Below are positions 11,203-19,828 of a stretch of 64,000 bases of DNA, one piece after another (position 1 is the stretch's first letter; every line of letters begins with the position of its first letter). Under the pieces are notes generated by a model, which searched no databases, was not told the DNA's origin, and was given only the letters and a program-made list of their open reading frames with translations. The translations under genes were made by a program, and so were the position numbers. The stretch is from Patescibacteria group bacterium (lineage in GTDB: Bacteria > Patescibacteriota > UBA1384 > UBA12157 > JAENIV01). The DNA lies in assembly GCA_049515915.1 (NCBI GenBank), contig JBEKTP010000003.1, forward strand, positions 735 through 64,734. The letters are read 5' to 3'.

Positions 11203-11269
11203 GACGGCCAGCTGCGTTGCAGCTGGCCGTCTGTAGTCCGTGCAAAACATCACACGGACGGGGACCTCA
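11203..11269. repeat. double-hairpin element, family A copy 2
   Basis: GACGGCCAGCTGC-gtt-GCAGCTGGCCGTC. Relative to copy 1 it has a G-C to A-T compensatory pair in the stem. Second hairpin GTCCGTG-loop10-CACGGAC, then GGGGACCTCA, whose last 3 nt are the stop codon of 11267-12100. Confidence 0.7.
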
Positions 11270-12100
11270 TTTGAAATGCAAACCCAACTCTGCATCCGTA
11301 ACCGGCGTGGCCCCATCAGCGGCCGCAGACTCCTCGCTAGTTTCGCCTTTCGGCGGGATGTTGAAGATCTCCGCGCCGAGCTTGATACTCTTGACTCTGG
11401 CGATGGCTCGAGGATCAAATCGAAAGCTGTTGACCAGGTTGCAGACCCTCTCTTCGGTGGGATTTTCGAGCTCGAGGAGAGCCTCGATGAACGCCTTGTA
11501 GGTTTGGTCGACGATTACATCGTAGCTTTCTGGCGGTATCGCCCAGAAATTGTCAAAGCTGGAGTCGGGGATGAAGCTCGTCACAGTAGAGGCAACGGCC
11601 CCGCCTTTCTCCGGTGCCAGAGCCAGCGGCTTCAGCGGAAGGGCTTTCTCGCGTTTGGTGCGCACGGCGCCGTAGAAGAACATATTGCCATCGATGTTGG
11701 CCGACTTGCCCGGTTCGAGGTAGATCCAGGTCTTTCCGAGGATCAACCAGCCTGGGCCATAAGCCCTTCCCCAATGTTCCTCGGGCTCGGGTGCTGTGAA
11801 CCAGCCGAACAGCCGACCCAAAAGGGGGAGGACCGTTGCCGTCAACGCGAAGACGATGGTGAGAGAGCGTGATTTCTCATGATTGGTGGGTAGTGTGAAT
11901 GTTGCTAACAAGCATACGACAGCAAGAGCTAGGACGATCACAGAGACACTAATGGCGGTGTTTGTGATCACACACAGTGCCATGTCGTTGTGGCCCGGCA
12001 CTTTTCCCCTTAGGGTGGTTCTCCCATGGATTTCGCGCATCAGATAGATGCTGACGACAGCGAGAACCAAGACAGTCAGACAAAAGGCGACTTCGGACAT
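11267..12100 (-). CDS. hypothetical membrane protein (4 TM N-terminal, soluble C-terminal domain), GC-rich cassette
   Basis: Start set at MSEVAFCL with AAAGGAGAG upstream. Stop codon embedded in the end of repeat A2. Confidence 0.6.
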   Translation of the reverse strand: MSEVAFCLTVLVLAVVSIYLMREIHGRTTLRGKVPGHNDMALCVITNTAISVSVIVLALAVVCLLATFTLPTNHEKSRSLTIVFALTATVLPLLGRLFGWFTAPEPEEHWGRAYGPGWLILGKTWIYLEPGKSANIDGNMFFYGAVRTKREKALPLKPLALAPEKGGAVASTVTSFIPDSSFDNFWAIPPESYDVIVDQTYKAFIEALLELENPTEERVCNLVNSFRFDPRAIARVKSIKLGAEIFNIPPKGETSEESAAADGATPVTDAELGLHFK

Positions 12101-12240
12101 CGCGGCTCTCCTTTGCTTGCCGGGGTTGTATGGGGCGGTATGGCCCGCCGGCAAGACAAGGAATGGGGCGAAACGCTCCGACGGAGCTTGAGCCGATTAT
12201 ATCTCGAGAACGTTTAAATGTAAATAGTATTTAATATCGT

Positions 12241-12489
12241 TTATACCAAAAGATGGAAGGCGGAAGGATTGAAGACGTAGTAAGTTCGATAATCGGTTTC
12301 TTTGGCTTTCAAAAAATGATGCTTGGCGAAATTGCGGCAATAATATTGCGTCGCGCCAATGGACCAGCCTAATTCTTTGGCCACTTCCGCTTGGTAAAAC
12401 TCTTTTTTTTCTTCGCAAAATCGCAAAAACTGGGCTTTCTTTTTGCCAAAGAGAAATTCAAATTGGCCGGTGTCTTTAATCTTGATCAT
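12241..12489 (-). CDS. small putative winged-helix DNA-binding protein
   Basis: 82 aa, AT-rich host-like codon use. Helix-turn-helix-like segment (QAEVAKELGWSIGATQYY). Weak call. Confidence 0.35.
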   Translation of the reverse strand: MIKIKDTGQFEFLFGKKKAQFLRFCEEKKEFYQAEVAKELGWSIGATQYYCRNFAKHHFLKAKETDYRTYYVFNPSAFHLLV

Positions 12490-12575
12490 TTTGCTCCTTG
12501 TAAGTTCGATTAAAAATTAATCTATGTCGTTAGATTTATAATATCGTGAGATCAAAAAAATAGCAAATCAATATT

Positions 12576-12902
12576 CTAAGCAAAATCGGGCAGGTGAATT
12601 TTATGCTTGTCGATTACATGGCCTTCATTGGCAAGCAATTTTTCTTTGGCCTTGATTCCCTTGGCATATTCGCCGACAAAATTATCGGAACGAATGACGC
12701 GATGGCAGGGAACCGGTTCGAATTCTTTCATTGGTAGCTGCCAATTTTTAGCACGATAATTACGATTCAAAATTGAACCGACGGCACGGTAGGCCTGAGG
12801 GCTTCCGGCTTTTTTAGCGACTTGAGAATAAGTCATGACTTTACCTTTAGGAATCTGCGCTACAATATTGAGAACTTTACGCGAAAAATCTTTTTTAAGC
12901 AT
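12576..12902 (-). CDS. ogt: methylated-DNA--protein-cysteine methyltransferase DNA-binding/active-site domain protein (MGMT/Ogt-like)
   Basis: PCHRVI active-site motif with downstream helix-turn-wing. The 108 aa correspond to the C-terminal catalytic domain only. Confidence 0.7.
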   Translation of the reverse strand: MLKKDFSRKVLNIVAQIPKGKVMTYSQVAKKAGSPQAYRAVGSILNRNYRAKNWQLPMKEFEPVPCHRVIRSDNFVGEYAKGIKAKEKLLANEGHVIDKHKIHLPDFA

Positions 12903-12960
12903 GGCACTTTCAATATAGGCTTCCGAAATAAGTTGTCAATTAAACGAAATCGACTCCGCC

Positions 12961-13398
12961 TCAGAAAGGCGGAGTCGTCGATAGACCCAGTCGGTTACTG
13001 GGGAAGAAATAAGTACACCGATTCAGCCGGAACGGCTGAGGGTGATCGATGCGGGTGTACCGGGGAACGCCGCTGAAATCGAGCGCCCCGATTTCCCCCG
13101 GACCTTTGTGGATGCCACCGCCCCAGTTGAGATCAGTGCTGGTAAACCAGCACCAGAAAGCTCCGATGGTGGCCATGATGGTTCCGGTAATCCAGCCGTC
13201 CGGCGTGCCTTGTCCCAGTATGGGAGAGATCAGAGCCACTAAGAAGCTGACCGAACAGCCTACCACGGCACAGATTTCATCCCGCCGGCTTGGTCGCGGC
13301 CTGATGGGAAGCATCAAGTAGCAGTAGGCAAGCAGCCACCGCCAGTACAAAGCGATGGCGGCCGCGATGATCGCAACCAGCCAGAGTAACCAGAGCAT
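12961..13398 (-). CDS. hypothetical polytopic membrane protein (GC-rich cassette)
   Basis: Start at MLWLLWLV with GAAAGGAGAGG upstream. Perfect TTGACT-17-TATAAT promoter (minus strand) at 13455-13483. GC hairpin CGACTCCGCC...GGCGGAGTCG overlaps the stop. Confidence 0.55.
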   Translation of the reverse strand: MLWLLWLVAIIAAAIALYWRWLLAYCYLMLPIRPRPSRRDEICAVVGCSVSFLVALISPILGQGTPDGWITGTIMATIGAFWCWFTSTDLNWGGGIHKGPGEIGALDFSGVPRYTRIDHPQPFRLNRCTYFFPSNRLGLSTTPPF

Positions 13399-13454
13399 CA
13401 GCGCCTCTCCTTTCTTGGTTCGACCTTTCACTTCAAGATCACGGCATAATCAAA

Positions 13455-13483
13455 ATTATACTTGGTAGAAGAGATCAAGTCAA
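13455..13483 (-). promoter_or_regulatory. sigma70 consensus-like promoter TTGACT-17-TATAAT driving 12961-13398
   Basis: Read on the minus strand. Lies in AT-rich DNA immediately outside the GC-rich CDS. Confidence 0.5.
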
Positions 13484-13505
13484 CTCATACCAAAGGTTTA
13501 AGGTT

Positions 13506-14021
13506 TTAGGCCGCCGCGCCGGCGACGCCCGAAGGAATCTCAACGTCATCCATAAAAATAATCGCATTTTTTTCAATTCGGACGACTTTTTCGGCCGGAT
13601 AAATGCGCGCTTTCAAAACTAAATCTTTAAGATAATATTTGATGACACAGTTTGTTTCAGTCTCGATTAAGAAATTTTCAATGCTACCCAAATTTTTGCC
13701 CGATTCGGTTTTGGCTTTGAGACCGAAAAGATCAAAATCTTGGGTTAAAACTTCCTTTATTCGGACGATATCGATAGGGTTAATCAGATTGTTAGGCGAT
13801 TCGGTGACAAGGCCATTTCTATCCCAATCGCGGATGTCGACGGAGGAAATAACTTTTTTAGGAGAAAAAATTCCGCCGGCGCTCACTAAAAATCCTAAGA
13901 CAGAACCGCTCTCTGGGTCAACGAGAATTTTGCGAATTTCGGCAATTTTCGATTGCGTGTCGAGGGCGGCAATCGGAAGCCCGATTAAGTTTTTGGCTTC
14001 AATAAACATAACTGATTTCAT
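13506..14021 (-). CDS. PRC-barrel domain protein (two PRC-like repeats)
   Basis: Repeated (I/V)xGLPI...D.ESG..LG.LV... pattern typical of PRC barrels. Moderate confidence. Confidence 0.45.
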   Translation of the reverse strand: MKSVMFIEAKNLIGLPIAALDTQSKIAEIRKILVDPESGSVLGFLVSAGGIFSPKKVISSVDIRDWDRNGLVTESPNNLINPIDIVRIKEVLTQDFDLFGLKAKTESGKNLGSIENFLIETETNCVIKYYLKDLVLKARIYPAEKVVRIEKNAIIFMDDVEIPSGVAGAAA

Positions 14022-14104
14022 TGTATGAAATTAGAACTAAAAACGCAAAACTAAAAACTTAAAATTGAAGCTCGAAAGAAATTAACATCTTGATAAGTCG
14101 GTGA

Positions 14105-14405
14105 TAATATGATATATTCAGAAAAGGTTAGGGCCATTGCAATCTGGTGGAAAAGGGAGTCGCCTATGAGGAGTTGGTGATGTCGCTATCGTTGGGGCAA
14201 AGTTTTATGTAGGACGGCGATATCGCCGCGGTCACCTTACGGGAGGTGAAGAAAGTGCACCACAATGGTGTACGACGCCCGCGTCCGCAGGCCAAGGGAG
14301 CCTGGCAGGGCGACCATTCCTTGTTCGGCGTAGTTGTGTCCAATCCGAGTTTATCGAGTCACGACTCACAGAGTCCAGGGTATGTATTACCTGGACTCAT
14401 TTTTT
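14105..14405 (+). ncRNA. rnpB: candidate RNase P RNA (reduced, bacterial type A-like)
   Basis: No ORF in about 300 nt. Four motifs lie in the same order as in E. coli rnpB. GGAAAAGGGAGUCGCCUAUGAGGAG resembles GGAAAGUCCGGGCUCCAUAGGGCAG. GGUGAAGAAAGUGCACC...GGUGUAC resembles GGUGAAAGGGUGCGG..GCGCACC. GCAGGCCAAGGGAG resembles GCAAGGCCAAAUAGGGG. CACGACUCACAGAG resembles CACGACAGAA. Ends in a GTCCAGG...CCTGGAC hairpin plus TTTTTT. A P4 pairing could not be verified by hand. Confidence 0.35.
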
Positions 14406-14415
14406 ATTAGAACAT

Positions 14416-14973
14416 TTAAGCTCTCGCCACATATTCGCCGGTACGAGTATCGAGAACAATTTTATCGCCCTCTTTGATAAATAAAGGTACTTGGATTTGA
14501 GCGCCGCTCTCCAGCGTGGCCGGTTTGGTCACTGTCGAGGTGGTGTTACCCTTAAATCCTGGTTCAGTGTAAGTTACTTCGAGAGCAATTTTTATTGGTA
14601 AATTGATATTGATTGGCTGATTATCAAAATACAAAATATCGACATCGCTGCCCTCTTTTAAATAGCGAGAGACATCGCCAAGTTGGTTTTTGGTAAGTGA
14701 AAACTGTTCGAAATTATTCGAATCCATAAAATAATAACTGTTGCTATCTTTATAGAGATATTGGGCTTTTTTGGTTTCAAGTTCGGCTTCTTCGAGCTTT
14801 TCGGCGCCGGCAAAAGTTTTTTCGATAATCGTGCCGGAAATTAAATTACGCATTTTCGTGCGCATAATTCCACCCCCGCGGCCGAGTTTGGAATGCTGGG
14901 CAAAAATAACGGTGTAAGGCGTGCCGTCAAAATTAACTTTAATACCAACTTTTAGATCGTTGATAGTTAACAT
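14416..14973 (-). CDS. efp: elongation factor P
   Basis: 185 aa, KVG..V.FDG.PY.V..AQHSKLGRGGGIMRTKMRNL family signature. Confidence 0.92.
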   Translation of the reverse strand: MLTINDLKVGIKVNFDGTPYTVIFAQHSKLGRGGGIMRTKMRNLISGTIIEKTFAGAEKLEEAELETKKAQYLYKDSNSYYFMDSNNFEQFSLTKNQLGDVSRYLKEGSDVDILYFDNQPININLPIKIALEVTYTEPGFKGNTTSTVTKPATLESGAQIQVPLFIKEGDKIVLDTRTGEYVARA

Positions 14974-15041
14974 AATATTTGCTATAAATTACAAAAAAGA
15001 TGATACGAAATACAATTTTTTGTACTTTTGTAGTCCAATGT

Positions 15042-15284
15042 TTATCTTTTAACGTAGGGAATCAGGGCCATGAATCGCGCTCTTTTCATCGCGTCGGTGA
15101 GGATGCGCTGGTGGCGCGAGCAGGTGCCGGTATCGCGGCCAGCTTTGATTTTGCCCCAGCTCGATAGATATTTCGAAAGGAGTCCACTATCTTTAAAATC
15201 AATATATTGGACTTTTTTGCGGCAAAAATTGCATTTTTTACGGCCGATGCCGAACGGTCTTCGATTGTTCTGGGGTCGTGGCAT
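15042..15284 (-). CDS. rpsR: 30S ribosomal protein S18
   Basis: CNFCRKK...IDFKD...LSKYLS..GKI..GR.TGTCSRHQRILTDAMKRARFMALIPY. Confidence 0.9.
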   Translation of the reverse strand: MPRPQNNRRPFGIGRKKCNFCRKKVQYIDFKDSGLLSKYLSSWGKIKAGRDTGTCSRHQRILTDAMKRARFMALIPYVKR

Positions 15285-15350
15285 ATATTTCCTTAGGTTG
15301 ATATATATAACAATTATAGATTCGGAATTTGTTCGATGTCTCTATAACTT

Positions 15351-15875
15351 CTAAAATGGGATTTCGTCTAAATTAATTTCGTCATCGGCGGTGTCTGCTT
15401 TAGTTTCATTGGGGGATTTATCAGATTTTTTTTCTTTTGAGGCCGGTTTATCCTGAGTATCCTTGAGAGACTTTTCTTCTTTTTTCTCTTGACTGGGAAA
15501 TTCTTCGGGGCCTGGAACAGCATCAACATCGGCCGGGGTGGCGCCTTTTGGCGTGAAAACGATGAAATCTTCCATGACAATTTCGGTACGGTTGCGCTGA
15601 TTGCCGTCTTGGCCTTCCCATTGTCGGGTTTGCAGACGTCCTTCGAGGTAGATTTTGGTGCCTTTGTGAACGAGCTGACTCATCAGTTCCGCCAATTTTC
15701 CCCAAGCAACAATGTTATGAAATTCGGCTTGTTCTTGATTGTTGCCGTCTTTGTCGCGCCAGCGACGGTTAGTGGCGACGCCGAAACTGCAGACGGCTTG
15801 GCCGTTAGGGGTGTATCGCATTTCCGGATCGCGGGTGGCGTTACCGACAATTTGGGCTCGATTAAGACTAAACAT
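15351..15875 (-). CDS. ssb: single-stranded DNA-binding protein
   Basis: OB-fold N-terminus (NRAQIVGNATRDPEMRYTPNGQAVCSF) and acidic C-terminal tail ending DEIPF. Confidence 0.92.
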   Translation of the reverse strand: MFSLNRAQIVGNATRDPEMRYTPNGQAVCSFGVATNRRWRDKDGNNQEQAEFHNIVAWGKLAELMSQLVHKGTKIYLEGRLQTRQWEGQDGNQRNRTEIVMEDFIVFTPKGATPADVDAVPGPEEFPSQEKKEEKSLKDTQDKPASKEKKSDKSPNETKADTADDEINLDEIPF

Positions 15876-15963
15876 AGCAGCCTCCCGGCGTTTATAGATT
15901 TATAGCACTATATTATAGATTCCATATTGCCATAATACTATCTTACTTACTATAAGCGCTTAT

Positions 15964-16599
15964 CTACTCTTTTAATAATTCATCCAATTTTTTGTCCAAG
16001 GCCTTGAGTCGCTCTTCGGTCGAAACTTCTTTATCCCGAGCGACGTCGAGAGATTCTTCTTTTGGTTCGGCGACGGGTTTTTCTATTTTGGGCTTCGATG
16101 GTTTTTTGACCGTTTCTTTTTTGGGCTTTTCTTTTGATGGCTCGGGAGTTTCTTGAATTTTTGGCGCTTCTTTTTCTTTAGTCACGGCTTTGATTTCTGT
16201 TTCAGCGGGTTTAGCCAGTGCGCTGACGGCGGGCTCAATCATCGCTTTTTCTTCAGGGATCATGATTTCTTCTGGTTTTGGTTCAGTGATCGCTTTGGTT
16301 TCGACTTTGGCCGGCTTTGGCGCTTCTATTTGAGCCGCTTTTACGATAATAATTAAATGTCTTAAAATTTCACCTTTTAGGCTCAGTTTTTTATTCAGTT
16401 CCATCACTTTTTCCGGCGCCATTGTAAACTTGACGGCGGTGTAGTAGCCGGCCGTTTCTTTCTTAATTGAAAAAGCTAATTGCTTTTGGCCTAAACCATT
16501 GACTTCGGAAATTTTTCCGTCGAGGGCTTCAATTTCTTTTTTGACGGGTTCCTCTTTGAGGTCTTCTTTGGTAATAAAGGTGATTTCGTATTTATTCAT
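15964..16599 (-). CDS. rpsF: 30S ribosomal protein S6 with lysine/glutamate-rich C-terminal extension
   Basis: MNKYEITFI...YYTAVKF S6 core. Forms an rpsF-ssb-rpsR operon. Confidence 0.85.
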   Translation of the reverse strand: MNKYEITFITKEDLKEEPVKKEIEALDGKISEVNGLGQKQLAFSIKKETAGYYTAVKFTMAPEKVMELNKKLSLKGEILRHLIIIVKAAQIEAPKPAKVETKAITEPKPEEIMIPEEKAMIEPAVSALAKPAETEIKAVTKEKEAPKIQETPEPSKEKPKKETVKKPSKPKIEKPVAEPKEESLDVARDKEVSTEERLKALDKKLDELLKE

Positions 16600-16643
16600 T
16601 GCTTAATTAATTTTAGCATACCATATCTTATTTGACAATAGGT

Positions 16644-17501
16644 TTAGACATTGAACTTAAAGAGTACAATGTCATCTTCTTGCATCACGTAATCCTTGCC
16701 TTGAGTTTTGACGAGGCCTTTTTCGCGGGCTTCCTGCCAGCCGGCGGCATCGATCAAATCGATATAGTGGCAAACATCGGCGGCAATGAAACCGCGTTGC
16801 ATATCGGTGTGGACTTTACCGGCCGCCTGTGGGGCTTTGGAATCTTGCAAAATCGCCCAAGCTTGAACCTGTTTATGGGGGATTAAAGTATAAAAAGTGA
16901 TGAGATTTAATAATTTGTAGGATTCTTTAATTAAGCGGACTAAGCTTGATTGGGCCAGCCCGAAAGATTCTAAATATTGTTTAGCCTCGTTTTCAGAAAG
17001 GTCAGTCAGTTCTTCTTCCATTTTGGCAGAGATTATAATAGTATTTTCTAAATCTTGAGATTTATTTAAGCTCTCTTCTTTGACATTTAAAACATAAAGC
17101 ATTGGTTTTTTAATTTCCGCCAATTCCAGTTCGATGTTAATAATTTCTTTGGCGTTTTCTGGATCGGAATCTTTAGAAAAGCCGTCTAAAACATGGATGA
17201 TCGCATCAACTTCGCGGATATGACTTAAAAATTGATTGCCCAAACCTTCGCCTTGATGAGCGTTTTTAACGAGGCCGGCAATGTCAATAAATTTAATGGT
17301 AGCCGGGATTTTTTTAGGTAATTTCAATATTGCCGCGATCTTATCTAATCTCTCATCCGGTACTTCCACCATGCCCACATTTGGTTCAATCGTGGTAAAC
17401 GGATAATCGGCCACCTTGGCTTGATGACCTTTAACTAAAGCATTAAATAAAGTTGATTTGCCGACGTTTGGCAGACCGACTATGCCGATACTTAAACTCA
17501 A
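16644..17501 (-). CDS. ychF: ribosome-binding ATPase YchF (Obg-family GTPase fold)
   Basis: GIVGLPNVGKSTLFNAL P-loop. C-terminal TGS-like segment. Shorter than typical YchF. Confidence 0.85.
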   Translation of the reverse strand: MSLSIGIVGLPNVGKSTLFNALVKGHQAKVADYPFTTIEPNVGMVEVPDERLDKIAAILKLPKKIPATIKFIDIAGLVKNAHQGEGLGNQFLSHIREVDAIIHVLDGFSKDSDPENAKEIINIELELAEIKKPMLYVLNVKEESLNKSQDLENTIIISAKMEEELTDLSENEAKQYLESFGLAQSSLVRLIKESYKLLNLITFYTLIPHKQVQAWAILQDSKAPQAAGKVHTDMQRGFIAADVCHYIDLIDAAGWQEAREKGLVKTQGKDYVMQEDDIVLFKFNV

Positions 17502-17616
17502 TTTACTCCTTTAACTATTGACAAATAGTAAACCGCTTGTTACGGTATAAATGACAAGTAAATCCTTGTGCGTGGGCTTCCGGAATGGTTGCTCGTAAAT
17601 AGCGCACAAGGTTTTG

Positions 17617-18255
17617 TTATTTAAAAAGACTGTTTTCCTCAAAAACTAAATTTTTAAATATCTCGTAATATGACAGATCGTTGTACTCATATTTTCTAAA
17701 AATCGACCAGCTTATAAAATCAACGGCTTGTAAAGATTTTTCTTCAAAAGGTGTTTTGATATCGACTTCAATATCCAAATTGTGATTGTTTTTAATTTGA
17801 TCCTTGAGGTAATTTTTAAAATTTAAATTTAGAAATTTATTTGTTTCTTTGCGAGAAGCAACTAAATTAATTTCTTTAGTAAAATCGATTAATTTTTTTG
17901 AACAAATTCTGTCTAATAGGATATTTGTGACATAGTTATATAAGACATCTTTTTGGTTTTGGAGTTTGGTATAAACTTTGCTCTTGTTAAGATAAATTGC
18001 CAAAATTTTGATCTCTTTTTGAGCAAGCTGCTTGAGTAATCTTTTGCGCGTTATCGGTTTTTCGTGAAAGCAATGAAGTACTCCGCCTTTTTGTTTATGC
18101 TTCTTTTTAAGAGCCGAATGTATTTTTTTGACTATTTTTTCAATCGGACGCTTATTTTGGGCAAATAGAAATGTGATAATAAAGAATTTAGAAGTTCGTT
18201 TCTTACGAAAATCAAAACCAAGATCGCCGCTTTCATCAAGAAAAATATATGACAT
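17617..18255 (-). CDS. DUF3800-family protein
   Basis: N-terminal MSYIFLDESGDLGF signature typical of DUF3800. AT-rich. CGCACAAGG hairpin terminator at about 17570-17615. Confidence 0.5.
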   Translation of the reverse strand: MSYIFLDESGDLGFDFRKKRTSKFFIITFLFAQNKRPIEKIVKKIHSALKKKHKQKGGVLHCFHEKPITRKRLLKQLAQKEIKILAIYLNKSKVYTKLQNQKDVLYNYVTNILLDRICSKKLIDFTKEINLVASRKETNKFLNLNFKNYLKDQIKNNHNLDIEVDIKTPFEEKSLQAVDFISWSIFRKYEYNDLSYYEIFKNLVFEENSLFK

Positions 18256-18365
18256 AGGTCAATTATACCTGAAATAACTTCTCAGTTAAAGATGTTGTCA
18301 TATTGACGATGCAGTTTTATAGTGGTATATTATTATGTTCTGACAACGAAAGGAGGTACGGTTTA

Positions 18366-18632
18366 ATGGATTGGAACCCAGCTGCGCAATATCGTGAGTC
18401 GCTCGGGGAATGGGCGGATGCTAACGCAGGTTCCGCTGATGTCCCCACGCGAAACGCCGTGGAAAAAGTCCGTGAGGTTCTCTGCATCGAAGATGATCAG
18501 CGGTTTCTGGTGGAAGCACGGGTCGCTTTCAGCATCTTCCTTACAGACACCAATCCATTCGCGAAGGAACGAACCCCGCTCGACGAGCTACATAGTATCG
18601 TCTGCGGTATCAGCGAGACCCTGATGTGGTAG
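18366..18632 (+). CDS. hypothetical 88-aa protein (GC-rich cassette)
   Basis: Start MDWNPAAQ with AAAGGAGGT upstream. Followed by GGGTGGGT...ACCCACCC hairpin plus T-run terminator at 18672-18705. Confidence 0.45.
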   Translation: MDWNPAAQYRESLGEWADANAGSADVPTRNAVEKVREVLCIEDDQRFLVEARVAFSIFLTDTNPFAKERTPLDELHSIVCGISETLMW

Positions 18633-18671
18633 GGGTCTCTGTCTGATAATGAGTTCCGATCATTTCCCGTC

Positions 18672-18705
18672 CGGGGTGGGTAAAGAAGTAGCCCACCCTA
18701 TTTTT
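18672..18705 (+). terminator. intrinsic terminator
   Basis: GGGTGGGTAAAGAAGTAGCCCACCC hairpin followed by TATTTTTTT. Confidence 0.5.
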
Positions 18706-18838
18706 TTGCCCAAATCATACTACAAAATAAATAAAAAATTAAAGATTAAAAATAAAAAAAGTTTGGCAGGATTGATTTCTATCCTGGTTTTATATATAAA
18801 GGGTTTAGTTTCCGATCGGATTCCAGAAAGGAAGGGAT

Positions 18839-19207
18839 ATGGTGGTTAACTGGATTTTGCCGTTAGCGGCCATATTGGCGCTGGCCAGCACTAAACGGCG
18901 GGCGCCGAAGACGCAACCGCTACCCCCCGATTACCACGTGCATCCGGACGAGCCCGAGGACTTTACCATCCTCACGATGGTGATGCGAACGGATGCTGAC
19001 TGGACAAGAGACGAGATCTTCCAAGTCTGCCGGTTGATCGCGCCCAAAAGCGTCAGCCGTCATCCGGACCATCCTCGCGTTCTGTTCTTGCCGGGACGCG
19101 GCTATCAGCGCGAGCTGATTACGGCTGTGCTCGGCCACGAGCACTTCGATCTGGACGAAGTGGCCAAGGGAGATCCGGCTCTGCCCTTCCTGGCCATTTT
19201 TGTCTAG
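18839..19207 (+). CDS. hypothetical secreted/membrane-anchored 122-aa protein (GC-rich cassette)
   Basis: GAAAGGAAGGG RBS. N-terminal hydrophobic signal-like segment. TTGATT-17-TATAAA promoter in AT-rich DNA at about 18770-18805. GGCGGCGGTCTCATCGCCGCC hairpin terminator at 19235-19256. Confidence 0.5.
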   Translation: MVVNWILPLAAILALASTKRRAPKTQPLPPDYHVHPDEPEDFTILTMVMRTDADWTRDEIFQVCRLIAPKSVSRHPDHPRVLFLPGRGYQRELITAVLGHEHFDLDEVAKGDPALPFLAIFV

Positions 19208-19330
19208 CTGGCTTCGCCAGTGTTGACATCAAGGCGGCGGTCTCATCGCCGCCTTTCTCTTATATTTATAAAAGGAAGGGCGGCAGGACTTCTGTCCTGC
19301 CGCCGTTATAATCTGGGCGAGAAACGCTGG

Positions 19331-19828
19331 TTAGGCAGTGGCCATCTCTGGGATCATGGCATCCACGGCTCGCATCACCGCCGCGGCGGTCTGATCGCTG
19401 ACTCTGAGTGGCGCTCGGAGCTCGGGCGCGGCGCGGAAGATGTCTCTGAGAGTAAGGACGAGCTCGCCGTAGTATGGCCTTTCTCGGAGGTCGCAGTCGA
19501 CGCTGAAAGTGGCGACGGGCTCTTTCCAGCAAAGTGTGAACAACCGTTCGTACTTTGGATGGCCGAGCCCGAGCTTGGCCAGCTCGCTGAAGATGACGAA
19601 CTGGTGTGGCTCGACGAGCAAGACGAGTCGCAGGTTGGTCACCTCGAGCTTCTTGTACAGCCGGAAGCCGCCGGTATTATACAGTGGCGCAAACTCCATT
19701 TTCTCCGTCGGCGAACCCGTGATGGCGAACACGACAGAAGTCGTCAGCTTCTCGAGGTCGCTCGCGTCAACCTCTTTCCCCAGAATTGGAATCAAGGCAC
19801 GGCAAACTGATTTGATCCCAACTTTCAT
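19331..19828 (-). CDS. hypothetical 165-aa protein (GC-rich cassette)
   Basis: Start MKVGIKSV with AGGAGAGAG upstream. Convergent with 18839-19207. GGGCGGCAGGAC...GTCCTGCCGCC hairpin terminator. Confidence 0.5.
   Translation of the reverse strand: MKVGIKSVCRALIPILGKEVDASDLEKLTTSVVFAITGSPTEKMEFAPLYNTGGFRLYKKLEVTNLRLVLLVEPHQFVIFSELAKLGLGHPKYERLFTLCWKEPVATFSVDCDLRERPYYGELVLTLRDIFRAAPELRAPLRVSDQTAAAVMRAVDAMIPEMATA

Noticed and set aside
9321-11269. Integron-like attC interpretation of the family-A/B elements
   Set aside because: There is no intI-type integrase adjacent (the only tyrosine recombinase is Xer-like and about 20 kb away). Cassettes lie on both strands, each with its own promoter, and are interleaved with core genes. 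Each element has a U-tract, which fits intrinsic terminators better. The idea is kept only as a remote possibility.
14105-14405. SRP (4.5S/scRNA) identity for the structured region
   Set aside because: GCAGGCCAAGG...CUGGCAGGGC loosely resembles SRP domain IV. However there is no GGAA/GNRA tetraloop hairpin in the right place, and the ordered RNase P-like motifs fit better. It is kept as an alternative.
17527-17630. Plus-strand TTGACA-18-TATAAA followed by CCTTGTGCG...CGCACAAGG hairpin as a small RNA
   Set aside because: The hairpin is better explained as the terminator of the minus-strand DUF3800 gene. The promoter-like hexamers are expected by chance in AT-rich DNA.
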